A DNA stretch of 64,000 nt from a virus (IMGVR_UViG_3300033463_000087:11366-75365); one strand, 5' to 3'; counted from the first letter of the stretch, positions 38,782 to 49,212 are shown. Program-made: numbers and translations. Notes: a model not told the origin generated them from the letters alone.

Positions 38782-38879
38782 ATTATACATTAAAAACTCA
38801 CTCTTATTTTAATTTTTAATAAGCAAATATAATTTATATAAAGGCTTTTAAAAGTGTTTGTAAGAGTGAATTTGATATA

Positions 38880-39326
38880 TTATTCTTTAATTTCTTCAAT
38901 AATTGGTTCTTCGGTATTATCAATAACTTCTTGATCTACTTCTTCAACTTCAGACTGTTCTTCAATATCTTCTTGTTCTTCTTCAACATAAGGAGTTAAA
39001 CCATAAGCTTCCACTGCCTGTTCTAAAGAATCGAAACTATCCCAGCCTTTATTAATAACTACTTGCATTTCATATACAGGCACTTCAATTTCGTTTCCTT
39101 GTTCATCTGTCTCTGTTCTTGTGCCTACTTGAACCTGTTCTTTACTTTCTGTAATCTTGCAAGTCTGAATTTCGAAGCGATTACCCTCTTTATCTTGGTA
39201 ATGGCCTTCTTCATTTGCCACTTTTTTATATACGTCTGGCATATCCTGTGGCCTTATGATTACTGGTTCTTCAAATATTTCTACTTCTTCATTTACTTCG
39301 TTTAATTGTTCATTTATTTCTTCCAT
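38880..39326 (-). CDS. Acidic tail-fibre assembly-type protein
   Basis: 148 aa, Glu-rich termini, follows the 1152-aa fibre. Confidence 0.55.
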   Translation of the reverse strand: MEEINEQLNEVNEEVEIFEEPVIIRPQDMPDVYKKVANEEGHYQDKEGNRFEIQTCKITESKEQVQVGTRTETDEQGNEIEVPVYEMQVVINKGWDSFDSLEQAVEAYGLTPYVEEEQEDIEEQSEVEEVDQEVIDNTEEPIIEEIKE

Positions 39327-39340
39327 AAAATTCTCCTTTA

Positions 39341-42300
39341 TTATGCTGTTAATGTTAAAGCCCAGCCTTTATCTTCTGCTATTGACTTATCCTCTGGTAA
39401 TAGATATTGCTCTCTACCAAACCATAGTTCGTTGTTTACTTTTATGTAGGTGGAGTTGAGGTCGATTGAACCAGTAAAAGGTCTGTTGATATTGTTAACC
39501 GCATTCCCAAGAGAAATTAAATGCGTTTGCTCTCCAGAACTTCTATCTAATGTCAAAGTAGTTATAAAGTCTCCACCATTTTTTGAATAGCTAAAAGAAA
39601 ATACGCCATTCGTGCTAATTACTTTTACCTTATAATCAGTATTAACTGCAAAATCGCTTGCTGGAATTACATTCTTATAACTACTAGAACCCCAGTCATA
39701 CGTGGCTAAAGCGTGCACACCGCCACCAGGAACAGTTCCTTCTTCTAAACTAAAATAATTCCTTAGTAAAAAGATAGTTTCATAACTACTTGCAAATGAA
39801 GAAGGAGTTCTGAAAGTTATCTGCATTTCTAAGTTTGAAACACTAGGTAAATAAGGCAAAGTTAGATAATCGCTGCTACTAAACCCACTAACTACCCCAC
39901 TACTTATCGCAGGGGAGCCAACAATGGTCAAGTTATTCTGATTACCACTGGCACCTACGCAAGATAATATTTTAGTCATAGCAGGTTGACCTCTAAATAC
40001 ATATACATCCTTTACTTTGATATATGTTTCTGATAAATCAACTTCTCCTGTCCACACTTGCTGCGCTGCTCTGGCTGACCTTCCGATAGCATAATCAATG
40101 CTAAAGAAACCTACTGTCCTGTTCTCAGAATATTCTTCAGTCCAAGTTTCTTTATCTGTTGACCTATCTATAATTAATTTTGTTCCTGTAAATCGTGTGC
40201 GAATATAATAGATAGTGTTTTCTAATAGTCCTGTTTTGCCGTCATGTTGTGTTCTTGATGTTCCATCTTCATTAGGAACATAATATGAAAAACATCTATT
40301 AGCACCTGTTTTTTGAAAAGTATATCTAATAGTGCTATTTGCACCTAAAATAACGTCATACGCTGTACCCCAAGAAACAGGTGTTTTTATTTTAAACATT
40401 ATTTCAAATGGGTGAGATAAATCTATCGTAGGCAAAGTAAGATAATCAGACGTGGAAAAATTGCTTACCACTCCACCACTGCTTATAGTGGGTGTTCCAA
40501 CAGTCGTATATCCTACATTATAAGGCAAATCATTAAATAATTGCACTAAAGCACTTCTATCCATACCTGTATAAGATACGTTAATTTGTGGGCTTGTACC
40601 TGTAAAAGGTGCAGAACTTGATACACGCAAACCTTTGAAACCACTCATAAAATATTGTGAAGTGCTAAAACACCCAATTTTAGTAAGGCCTGTTGCAGCA
40701 GAAACATCTAATACAGTGTCCTCAAGTGAATTATTCCTATATAGATAACTGGTCATATTAGTAGCATTAGAATAATCAATAGTTTCTGGTACTTTCTTTA
40801 ATTTAAAACAATCATTAAAAGCAGCAGTTAAATTACTAGGACTAATCGTACAATTTTTTAAAATTACATTTTCTAATTCAGAACAAGAACAAAAAGAATA
40901 GTCAAATCTTCTATTATCACAAACATAATTTTTTACAGTTATTTTTTTACAACCGCCAGCAGTTCCTGCAATCCATAAATCATTAGATAAATTGGATTCA
41001 AATATCGGAACATATTCAAGGCTTAAATTTTCTCCTACAAATTGATTGAAATAAGTTATTTTTAATAAATTATTCTTTGCAGTTACTGCTTTAATCATAT
41101 TATTATGATATCTTGTATTGTAAAATGCTCCACCTGAAAAAGTTTGATGACCTGCTACGATTCTATTGCTTAAATTAAAGTGAGACCAAAGAACTCCTTG
41201 CAATTCTTTTCCGCTTGATGCCACTCTAGCGCATTTAAAGGCAGTAATTTCTGCGCCTTCAGTCGCAGGTGTAATCCATATCTTGTGTGCTTTAAGTGTG
41301 CTAGGTGTTGTAATATCGTCGCCTGTCGTAATACCGCTTGTAGACCAAGTAATAGAGCATTGTGTGCCACTTGCGTAAGTGCTACCATACTGCACGCCGT
41401 CAATAAATACTTTATAACCGCCTGTACAAGTGGCAGTAAAACCTAAGTTGTCATAATCATTTGAAATACTATCTTTACCAAAAGTAAAATCACCTGTGCC
41501 TTCATTCCCATAGAATTGCTGATTAACAATATCAAACATACCGTTACTTGGGCAAGTGAAATTTCCTATAACCAAATTTTCAGGAACAGGAACAAAATGT
41601 CTTACTAAACTTCCGTTCCCATCATATATTTTGCAAAAATATATTTTACCTGACCAATAATCCAAAATAGTACCGTTGTTATCGCCCGCATATAACTTAA
41701 TGGTAGTAGGAGTTGTAAAAGTTTTAATTTCTATAGAACCACTATTAATCGCTCCATTTGTCAAAGAAATCGCTTTTACAATATATTGTCCTTCGGAAAT
41801 AGAAGTTTCAAATAAAGCGTCTGAAAATGAAGAAACTAAACGGTATTTACCATTGTAATCAAAGCGGTTGCTATCTGAATGGAGTAACATTAATCTGTCA
41901 TTTGAGTTGCTTGAAGTTCTTGACCCTAAAATTACTCCAGAATTTCCTACGGAAGTATATTTTATGTTAAAGGTCGTGCTACCTGAGCCGTAAACATCAG
42001 CATCTATATATTGTGTTCCGCTACTTTGCAAATATAAATTAGGGTTAGCCCAAGTAAGTTTACCATCTTTAATAATATAATTAGAACCTAATTCACCTAC
42101 ATATAAAGCAATCGAATTATTTGGACAATCATTTCTTATATCTGACCAATCAGTGGGTTTATTAAACGGATTTTTAATCCAAACAATGTTATTATTTAAT
42201 GCTAAATAATCAACATCTATAGATGCTTGCTCTTTTCCATTAAACCAAGTTATTCCATTAATTTTTATATAAGTTTCATTAAGGTCTATTGAACCAGTAA

Positions 42301-42799
42301 AAGGAGCACCACTTAATATACCAAATCTAATATCATTTTTGTAAGAATTGTCAATATTAGAAATATCTTTTGTTTGTTTTAAAGAATAAGTTGTTCCATC
42401 TTCAGAAAAATATACATTAAGTGTATTAGATGTATTTGAAAATTTAATCCAATATTGCTTTGAAACATCTAATGTGCTTTGTATATTATAATCAGGCCAA
42501 GTAGAATTAGTACCTTTATAACCAAATCTTAATGATCCATTTGCTATAAAATAGAAAAATAAATTAGAAGTAAAAAGATATTGGTTTGAACCTTTATCCC
42601 AAGCAGAAGGTGTTGTAAATTTAATTATGCACTCATTATTATTAGTAAAATCAAGTTTATTTGATATGCTGACATAATCACTATCACTAAACCCACTTAT
42701 AATACCGTTATTTATAGTAGGTGAACCAACAATAGTATAACCAACATTATTATTATAAGATATTTTATTTATAACATTATTATTTAAAAGTAAAGACAT
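39341..42799 (-). CDS. Tail fibre / receptor-binding protein with LRR-like scaffold and inserted lectin-like modules
   Basis: Three TIVGSPTI..G.VSGFS.SDY...GSIDL..TYIKV modules; YLQSSGTQYID...RHFVPV domain. Confidence 0.7.
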   Translation of the reverse strand: MSLLLNNNVINKISYNNNVGYTIVGSPTINNGIISGFSDSDYVSISNKLDFTNNNECIIKFTTPSAWDKGSNQYLFTSNLFFYFIANGSLRFGYKGTNSTWPDYNIQSTLDVSKQYWIKFSNTSNTLNVYFSEDGTTYSLKQTKDISNIDNSYKNDIRFGILSGAPFTGSIDLNETYIKINGITWFNGKEQASIDVDYLALNNNIVWIKNPFNKPTDWSDIRNDCPNNSIALYVGELGSNYIIKDGKLTWANPNLYLQSSGTQYIDADVYGSGSTTFNIKYTSVGNSGVILGSRTSSNSNDRLMLLHSDSNRFDYNGKYRLVSSFSDALFETSISEGQYIVKAISLTNGAINSGSIEIKTFTTPTTIKLYAGDNNGTILDYWSGKIYFCKIYDGNGSLVRHFVPVPENLVIGNFTCPSNGMFDIVNQQFYGNEGTGDFTFGKDSISNDYDNLGFTATCTGGYKVFIDGVQYGSTYASGTQCSITWSTSGITTGDDITTPSTLKAHKIWITPATEGAEITAFKCARVASSGKELQGVLWSHFNLSNRIVAGHQTFSGGAFYNTRYHNNMIKAVTAKNNLLKITYFNQFVGENLSLEYVPIFESNLSNDLWIAGTAGGCKKITVKNYVCDNRRFDYSFCSCSELENVILKNCTISPSNLTAAFNDCFKLKKVPETIDYSNATNMTSYLYRNNSLEDTVLDVSAATGLTKIGCFSTSQYFMSGFKGLRVSSSAPFTGTSPQINVSYTGMDRSALVQLFNDLPYNVGYTTVGTPTISSGGVVSNFSTSDYLTLPTIDLSHPFEIMFKIKTPVSWGTAYDVILGANSTIRYTFQKTGANRCFSYYVPNEDGTSRTQHDGKTGLLENTIYYIRTRFTGTKLIIDRSTDKETWTEEYSENRTVGFFSIDYAIGRSARAAQQVWTGEVDLSETYIKVKDVYVFRGQPAMTKILSCVGASGNQNNLTIVGSPAISSGVVSGFSSSDYLTLPYLPSVSNLEMQITFRTPSSFASSYETIFLLRNYFSLEEGTVPGGGVHALATYDWGSSSYKNVIPASDFAVNTDYKVKVISTNGVFSFSYSKNGGDFITTLTLDRSSGEQTHLISLGNAVNNINRPFTGSIDLNSTYIKVNNELWFGREQYLLPEDKSIAEDKGWALTLTA

Positions 42800-42805
42800 T
42801 TACTT

Positions 42806-43237
42806 CTACTCCGTTATTATATTTAAGGTACCTGTTGTACTATCAAATTCTACTTTTATACCACCTTTTGTTGTATCAGTAGCATAAGGTATTCTATCAG
42901 ATACTAATGTACCATTACTATCTAAAACTTGTTTATCTTTCACTTGAAAAGTATTTGCTGTATTATTTGTACCATCACCAATTTGTATTGCACCACTAGC
43001 ACTAGCAACAGCATTATAACCAATAGCGGTTGCACTTGTTGTTGCTGAAGAACTTTTACCAATATTTGTTGCTTGATTATCTGTAGCAGCAGTGCCTTCT
43101 ACAGTTACGGAATTTGTACCCGTAGCAGTATTTTTTAATTTAGTATCAGCATAAGATTTTATTGCTTTTTGTGATGATGCTAAAGTATTACTATTATCAC
43201 TTAATGTTGTATCTGTATTTAAATTTAATCTTTTCAT
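42806..43237 (-). CDS. Tail-fibre protein with YadA-like head repeats
   Basis: ATNIGKSSSA / ATAIGYNAVA / AIQIGDG repeats; YATDTTKGGIKV. Confidence 0.65.
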   Translation of the reverse strand: MKRLNLNTDTTLSDNSNTLASSQKAIKSYADTKLKNTATGTNSVTVEGTAATDNQATNIGKSSSATTSATAIGYNAVASASGAIQIGDGTNNTANTFQVKDKQVLDSNGTLVSDRIPYATDTTKGGIKVEFDSTTGTLNIITE

Positions 43238-43243
43238 ATTTAA

Positions 43244-44182
43244 TTACCCTATTATTACCGCTTTATAAGTATCAGCACTAACATTTGATTCTGAATAAAA
43301 TGTTAATGTAATTGTACCTGCTGTTATTGTACTATCCATTTCTACTGTTTCACCTGTAGTTATTTCAAATACTCTTAAAACAACTTCACTTGTGCCTAAT
43401 GTATTTGTAATTGTCCAAGTAGCAATATTATTAGTAGGTGTTATAGAAGGATTTGTAGCAACTAATTTATTTATTGGATATTTTCTTGCACCAATATAAT
43501 TAATGTGTGCTCTTCCACCTATAATAATTATTTCATAAGTTGTATTGGCATAAAATGTAGGTGGATTATCATAATAAAAATATTGTGTTAAATTAGTAGC
43601 ACTAAAAGTAAAAGAAGAACTTGTAGTAAATACTAATCTTGTATAATAAATACTGTTAGGAATAGTTGTTAAAGTTAAACTCGTTAAAGCATTACTAAAA
43701 ATATAATCTGTATTTTCATTAAGAGCAATAGAAGGGGTTGTTTCTGTACTATTTATTATATTTCTTGAAGGACTATAAATAGTATTATCAACACTAATTA
43801 CACCACTACTTACATTTAAACCTGTACCTATTTGTACGACACCTTTACTCGTTGTAGTTGCATCTCTTAATTCTGTATTTGAAAAATAAACCCATTCTGT
43901 TCCATTAAATAACCATAATTCAGCAACATCTTCAATAGCAACCTCATCACCATTTCTTGGTTCACGTTCTACTGTATCAACTACAAATTGTGTCAAAATT
44001 AATTGTGTATTTGGTTCAGGTGCGGTTGCAACTGTACCAATAAATTCTGTTTGTTGTTTTAATGCAGCAATTACAGGATCGTTATCTAACCAAGCAGATA
44101 TATTACCTGACTCACTAGAATAAACTATTGAATTTGGTTGTGGTGTACTTGAAACTTTTTGTAACTCGTTATGATTAGCCAT
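43244..44182 (-). CDS. Tail-fibre protein
   Basis: DATTTSKGVVQIGTGLNVSSGVIS motif; shared module. Confidence 0.7.
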   Translation of the reverse strand: MANHNELQKVSSTPQPNSIVYSSESGNISAWLDNDPVIAALKQQTEFIGTVATAPEPNTQLILTQFVVDTVEREPRNGDEVAIEDVAELWLFNGTEWVYFSNTELRDATTTSKGVVQIGTGLNVSSGVISVDNTIYSPSRNIINSTETTPSIALNENTDYIFSNALTSLTLTTIPNSIYYTRLVFTTSSSFTFSATNLTQYFYYDNPPTFYANTTYEIIIIGGRAHINYIGARKYPINKLVATNPSITPTNNIATWTITNTLGTSEVVLRVFEITTGETVEMDSTITAGTITLTFYSESNVSADTYKAVIIG

Positions 44183-44507
44183 TGTTTTTTCTCCTTATAA
44201 TTTCTGCTAATTCTTCTAATTCTCTTGCTCTACCTACAATAAAAGCACTATACATATTAGGATTAGCCAAGATTATTTCTCTTAATACTCTTGGCATTTG
44301 ATATTTTTCTTCTAATTCAATCAATTTTTCTTCTACTGTAGGTTCTGGTTTAATAGGGGCATAACCTTTAAGATACCAAGCACCATTATATGCTTGCTCT
44401 ACTTCTTGTTTTTCCATTCCAAGAGATTTATAAAATTCTGTATTTGTACCTAAACCAACTTCACATTGTTTAGTTTCTTCATTAATTATTTTTGCAAATT
44501 TAATCAT
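44175..44507 (-). CDS. Tail-fibre assembly chaperone-like protein
   Basis: EVEQAYNGAWYLKGYAP motif; directly follows a fibre gene. Confidence 0.6.
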   Translation of the reverse strand: MIKFAKIINEETKQCEVGLGTNTEFYKSLGMEKQEVEQAYNGAWYLKGYAPIKPEPTVEEKLIELEEKYQMPRVLREIILANPNMYSAFIVGRARELEELAEIIRRKNNG

Positions 44508-44508
44508 A

Positions 44509-46350
44509 TTAATTTACTCCTTTACAAGGACAAAATATGTATGTAATAATATTATAACCCCAACCAACATTATCTATATGTAATTTATATGTATCACCTG
44601 GAGAAACTGGTACACAAGAAGTACTACTTTGAGCATCACTTCCATCACCACCACCACAGGCTGTTATTGTAAATCTTATATTTGTATTTATATATAACGA
44701 GGCAACATTACTATATATACCTTGAACACCTGCTATAACATAACCATAAGTATCTGCTGTATATTCAGTTTCTACTGTTCTACTTACAGCACTATCATAA
44801 TCAGGCATTGTCCAACTTATAGAATTTTCTTTAAAAGCACTATCAATATCTGAGACATTATTTAAACTTCTATTCGCTTTATCTACACTAGCAGCAATTA
44901 AAGCATCATAATCTGCTTGTGAAGTCCATTGTATTCTATTAAATACAGACATTATATAAGGATATTGTATATTTATAGGTGTTACTGTTTTTGAATTACC
45001 ATAAATTGAATTAGAGCGTGAGGCATCAAAATATACATCTTGATCTGCATGACCTCCTGGACCACCAGGACTTGATACACCATCGACATAAAAAGCACCC
45101 GAGCAAGTCTGACCTTCTTCTTGACCGCCACCTATCTTACCCGTAATATTAGGTAAACCAGCACCTGTTATTTTTGCTAATTGAGATACGATTTGTGTTT
45201 GTTTACCTAAACCTTTAACAAAGCAATCAATAGTAGGAAATCTTAAACTTGTACCATACCAAGCAAATTTACCACAACTACCATATTGAGTTAGCATATT
45301 TTGATATTGCTGACTAGTAACAATTAATTTATAACCAGTAGTTTCTTCTGGTATCATTCTATTATTTGCTTTATTTAAAAATTCAACAAATTGAGGTGCT
45401 ACACTTGCAGCATTATCTAACATACTACCATCAAGTCTAATATAACCTACAGGAACATCATCAAAAGCATAATTAATAATAGTACCTATTGGAATTTGTG
45501 TACTTACAATAGAATTTTTTAATATAGAAGGGTCTATCAATTTTACTCTTTCAACAACGATTTGTAAATTACCATCAGTTAAAGCACTTAAATCACTTCC
45601 TTGAAATTTAGCAATTAATTGTGTATCAGAACTCGTTGATAAAATTCTTTCAAAAACATCTTTAGTAAAATTAGTATTACTAACAGCACCAGTAATATCC
45701 ATTTGTGTATAAAATAAATTAGGGTTAGTTTGTGTACCAATACTAACGGTTAAAGTAAAATCATTTTCCGAACTTGTAAATTGTGTTGTAGGTTTAAAAT
45801 AAATACTTTTTACTGCCGTAGAAAGAGGTATGTTAGAAAGATTATAAGAAAAAGAACTTTCTTCTGTTTGTATTTGTCCAAAAGCAATATCAAAAGTATC
45901 ATAAACTACTGTGGTATATTTATCTACATTTTCACCAGAAACAGTTTCAGAAGTTCTTAAAGTAGTCCAAGTACCTTGTTGAGAAGTATTATCAAGTAGT
46001 ATCAAAGTAACCATATTACCTGCAGTTACTTCTCTTGCTAATGTTAATGTACTCGGATCATCTGAATTACTATCATAATAAAAAATAGAAACATCAAATG
46101 TACTATTATTTATAATTGTTGTTTTCCAATTATTCCATAATTCAGTAGCATTAGGTAAAACTATATAATAACCATTTTGAAAATTGCTATTTGTTAAATA
46201 TTGTGTTTGTTCTGATTCTGGAGTTAATAATAATTTATTTGAATTAAAATTAGGAGTTGCAAAACCTTCAATTACTCTTTCTTCTAATACTGCTCTTTCA
46301 CCACGATAACCATCAGTGGTTGCTCCGATTTTCTTATATTTTTGGGACAT
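44509..46350 (-). CDS. Tail fibre protein with collar-like domain
   Basis: IPIGTII...GY.RLDG...LRFP; AGLPNITG...FDASRSNSIYGNSKTVTP. Confidence 0.8.
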   Translation of the reverse strand: MSQKYKKIGATTDGYRGERAVLEERVIEGFATPNFNSNKLLLTPESEQTQYLTNSNFQNGYYIVLPNATELWNNWKTTIINNSTFDVSIFYYDSNSDDPSTLTLAREVTAGNMVTLILLDNTSQQGTWTTLRTSETVSGENVDKYTTVVYDTFDIAFGQIQTEESSFSYNLSNIPLSTAVKSIYFKPTTQFTSSENDFTLTVSIGTQTNPNLFYTQMDITGAVSNTNFTKDVFERILSTSSDTQLIAKFQGSDLSALTDGNLQIVVERVKLIDPSILKNSIVSTQIPIGTIINYAFDDVPVGYIRLDGSMLDNAASVAPQFVEFLNKANNRMIPEETTGYKLIVTSQQYQNMLTQYGSCGKFAWYGTSLRFPTIDCFVKGLGKQTQIVSQLAKITGAGLPNITGKIGGGQEEGQTCSGAFYVDGVSSPGGPGGHADQDVYFDASRSNSIYGNSKTVTPINIQYPYIMSVFNRIQWTSQADYDALIAASVDKANRSLNNVSDIDSAFKENSISWTMPDYDSAVSRTVETEYTADTYGYVIAGVQGIYSNVASLYINTNIRFTITACGGGDGSDAQSSTSCVPVSPGDTYKLHIDNVGWGYNIITYIFCPCKGVN

Positions 46351-46371
46351 TTACGATACCTCTAAAATGTA

Positions 46372-46389
46372 TATATAAATATAAATGAA
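46372..46389 (-). promoter_or_regulatory. Putative late promoter
   Basis: TTCATTTATATTTATATA. Confidence 0.75.
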
Positions 46390-46400
46390 AATAGCAAAAT

Positions 46401-46434
46401 AAAAATACCCTCTCTATTAAAAGAAAGGGTATTT
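46401..46434 (-). terminator. Intrinsic terminator after tail tube
   Basis: AAATACCCT...AGGGTATTT. Confidence 0.7.
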
Positions 46435-46455
46435 AAAATAATGTTTAAGATGAAT

Positions 46456-46971
46456 TTATTTACCAGGTGTTACAATTTTCCTGCACTGAACAGTTGCGGT
46501 CTCGGTAATTCTTATATCTCCAGTGCTGTTTAATGTATCGGAATAGTTTGAAATAGTGCAATCTTTATAAACTCTTAAAATCTTTTCTGTAGCATTTCTT
46601 ACATCAGGATCTACAGTACCATCATTATTTATAGCGGGGATAGTTACCACGTCTTCTACGTCAAAATATAAACTTGTATCAAAAAGACTTTCGATACCAG
46701 TTTGACCAGTAAATTGATCTAATAATGTAGAAGTTTGTAAGCGTAATCTATTGAAAGTTAAGTTAATATCAGTAACAAGGCCTTGTGTTACTTCAACACA
46801 TTCAGGATTACCAAGTTCAAAAGTTCTATAAGTATCTTTTGTTTGGTTATGTGAAATACTTTGTACTGTACCAATTTGAGTTCTTACACCTTCACTATTT
46901 ACAGCAAAAATTTTATGCTGTACTGAAAGTTGTAATCTGCTTGCGCAAGGTTTTAAAAATTGATCTGCCAT
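46456..46971 (-). CDS. Tail tube protein
   Basis: IGTVQSISHNQ....YRTFELG and VYKDCTISNYS...ETATV; own late promoter and terminator. Confidence 0.75.
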   Translation of the reverse strand: MADQFLKPCASRLQLSVQHKIFAVNSEGVRTQIGTVQSISHNQTKDTYRTFELGNPECVEVTQGLVTDINLTFNRLRLQTSTLLDQFTGQTGIESLFDTSLYFDVEDVVTIPAINNDGTVDPDVRNATEKILRVYKDCTISNYSDTLNSTGDIRITETATVQCRKIVTPGK

Positions 46972-47003
46972 TTAATTATACCTCATTAAAATTATAATAT
47001 GCA

Positions 47004-47021
47004 TATATAAATATAAATGAA
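47004..47021 (-). promoter_or_regulatory. Putative late promoter (tail tube)
   Basis: TTCATTTATATTTATATA. Confidence 0.75.
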
Positions 47022-47039
47022 ATTATTTGTTTAATGAGA

Positions 47040-48197
47040 TTAAATAGTTTCAAACCAATCTAAAAATTCATCTAAATTGTAAAATATTTTATAATTAAGA
47101 TTATTTTGTTTAAAAGTTTGTAATTTTCTTGGATCTAAATCAGTCCAAGTATAAATCATAAAATCATATTGATTCTTTATATTTTTATTTTTTCTTAATT
47201 TTAAAGATTTTAATTGTAAACATAATAACTTTATTAAATCTTGTTTATTATTTTTATCAAAAGGTTTTCCTTGATGAAATTGGCTAAAATGACATTCAAT
47301 ATATAAATTTAATGATTTAACATAAAAATCACATTTAAAAGGATATTTATCATTCATATATGATCTTTCTATGTCGTCTTTTAAAAATTTTGTTAAAAGC
47401 AAATTATAGCAATTATCTTCTGGTTTTGAAGGATTACAATGAGTTTTATTTCTTCTCATCGTTTCATATCGTTTTTGTTTTGTACTTTGTAATTGTAATT
47501 TGTCTCTATATTTCTTTAATTGAAAAATACATTTTACTCCTGTCTTTATTATATTAGTATTTATTATTTTATTTGTTATTATTTGTCTGTAATTTTTACC
47601 AAAATGTTTTTCTAAAGTTAATTTACTTTTACTATAATTTATATAGGGTTTACCGTCTTTTGTTCTTGTTTTATAACATTTACTTCTTACATCCTTATCT
47701 TGTAATGCATATTGTACACCTCTTAATGTTATATTTGTATTTTTTGATTTTTCTCTAAATTCTTTCGTGTGCATATAAGATATATTATTATATTTTAATT
47801 TGCAAGTTTCTTGCGCTTTTTTAAAATTATTATATTTACCATCACCATATCTTATTTCTTTGGTTTTATAAGAATTAATACTTCTTTTCTTGCTTACATT
47901 CTTATCTTTTAATACACAAATTTTACTACAATGATAACCATAACCACTTTGTAAATTCCTAAATATATTTTTCTTTCCACAAATTGGACAAAATATATGT
48001 AAATTTTTTAAGTTATCTTTATTCTTTAACAAATAAATTAATTCAGGAACTGAAAACTTACAATTATATTTAGAAATTAAAAAATTTTTTATATTTTTAT
48101 TTATTTTATTTTTAATTATCTGTTGAAAAGTACCAAATATTATAAGTTTATCTTTTAAATGATTATTAATTAAGTATATAATATCTTTTATTGTCAT
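47040..48197 (-). mobile_element. Free-standing homing-endonuclease-like gene (Zn-finger/basic repeats plus PD-(D/E)xK-like C-terminus)
   Basis: CPICGK...HCSKIC; KYPFKCDFYV..LNLYIEC; Lys/Asn-rich; inserted between neck and tube genes. Confidence 0.7.
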
Positions 48198-48348
48198 AAA
48201 AATAAAAACCGTAGAATTTTAAGTTTTGAGAACTTTGGACAGATTCTACGGTTTTGATAATACTATTTCTAGTATTATATATTTATTAACAAATTTTAAA
48301 CTGTCCTAGGTGTTCTCAATACCTATATTTATATTATACTAAATTTTA

Positions 48349-49122
48349 TCAATTTGTGGTTAATGACCTAAATAGGGAAATTATATCAAGAGGGTATGTC
48401 CCCAGACGGCCGTTTAAACCAACTGAAAATTGAGCACTACCAAGCCAAGATGCTGAACCTGTTGAAAACTCCATTTTAGTTTTTTGCATTAATGGATTAA
48501 TAAAACCAAGTATTTGAGTTAATGCATTTTGTATAGCAGGTGTAAATTGCTGATTTAAAGATAATCCATTATCTGAATATGTAAAGTCTCTGATTTCTAA
48601 ACCCAACATTTTTGAAAGTATTGTAAAATATTGTGCAAACATAAGAAGAATAGATTCATATTGTTTAGGAAAATTTGCTATTGTATGTTCAGTAGTCGGG
48701 GGATAACTATTCCAAAAACCTAAAGCCATATTTATACCCATCATTAAATCTGTATCTTCCATAGGTCTCATTGTACCATCTTGTAAAATATCAGAAGTAA
48801 TAATAGGATCTAACATTTTTCTTAAAGAATTTACCAATCTTAATTGTTTAGGGTTTAAATCAAATGTAGTTAAAAGAATTTTAGAAAGTGTACCATTATC
48901 TTTTTTATACCTTACATAATAATATTCAGTTTCTTTACCATTATCGTCTGTATAAGTATCTACTTCCTGTGTAGGATCATTATTAACCCATCTATCAATG
49001 TTGGTTAATAAAATATATGAAGAATCATCACTTTCATTTGTTCCACGATAGATATTAATGCTTGTATAAGAAGCATCCTGTAATATTGTATAAGGTATTG
49101 TCCAAGATATTTGTACTGACAT
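48349..49122 (-). CDS. Head-tail adaptor / neck protein
   Basis: IRDFTYSDNGLSL motif; position between sheath and tube genes; late promoter. Confidence 0.6.
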   Translation of the reverse strand: MSVQISWTIPYTILQDASYTSINIYRGTNESDDSSYILLTNIDRWVNNDPTQEVDTYTDDNGKETEYYYVRYKKDNGTLSKILLTTFDLNPKQLRLVNSLRKMLDPIITSDILQDGTMRPMEDTDLMMGINMALGFWNSYPPTTEHTIANFPKQYESILLMFAQYFTILSKMLGLEIRDFTYSDNGLSLNQQFTPAIQNALTQILGFINPLMQKTKMEFSTGSASWLGSAQFSVGLNGRLGTYPLDIISLFRSLTTN

Positions 49123-49144
49123 TTAAATTAAATCCTTTAAGTAT

Positions 49145-49162
49145 TATATAAATATAAATGAA
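49145..49162 (-). promoter_or_regulatory. Putative late promoter
   Basis: TTCATTTATATTTATATA. Confidence 0.75.
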
Positions 49163-49194
49163 AAAAGGGCTTCCCTTTTATAAGAAGCCCTTTT
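49161..49194 (-). terminator. Intrinsic terminator after sheath
   Basis: AAAAGGGCTTC...GAAGCCCTTTT. Confidence 0.8.
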
Positions 49195-49212
49195 ATTTAA
49201 TTATTTAAGTAG

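Noticed and set aside
44175-44507. MIKFAKII start as a member of the leader family
   Set aside because: Lacks the K(A/S) end, sits in the fibre operon, and the sequence reads as an ordinary fibre-chaperone N-terminus.
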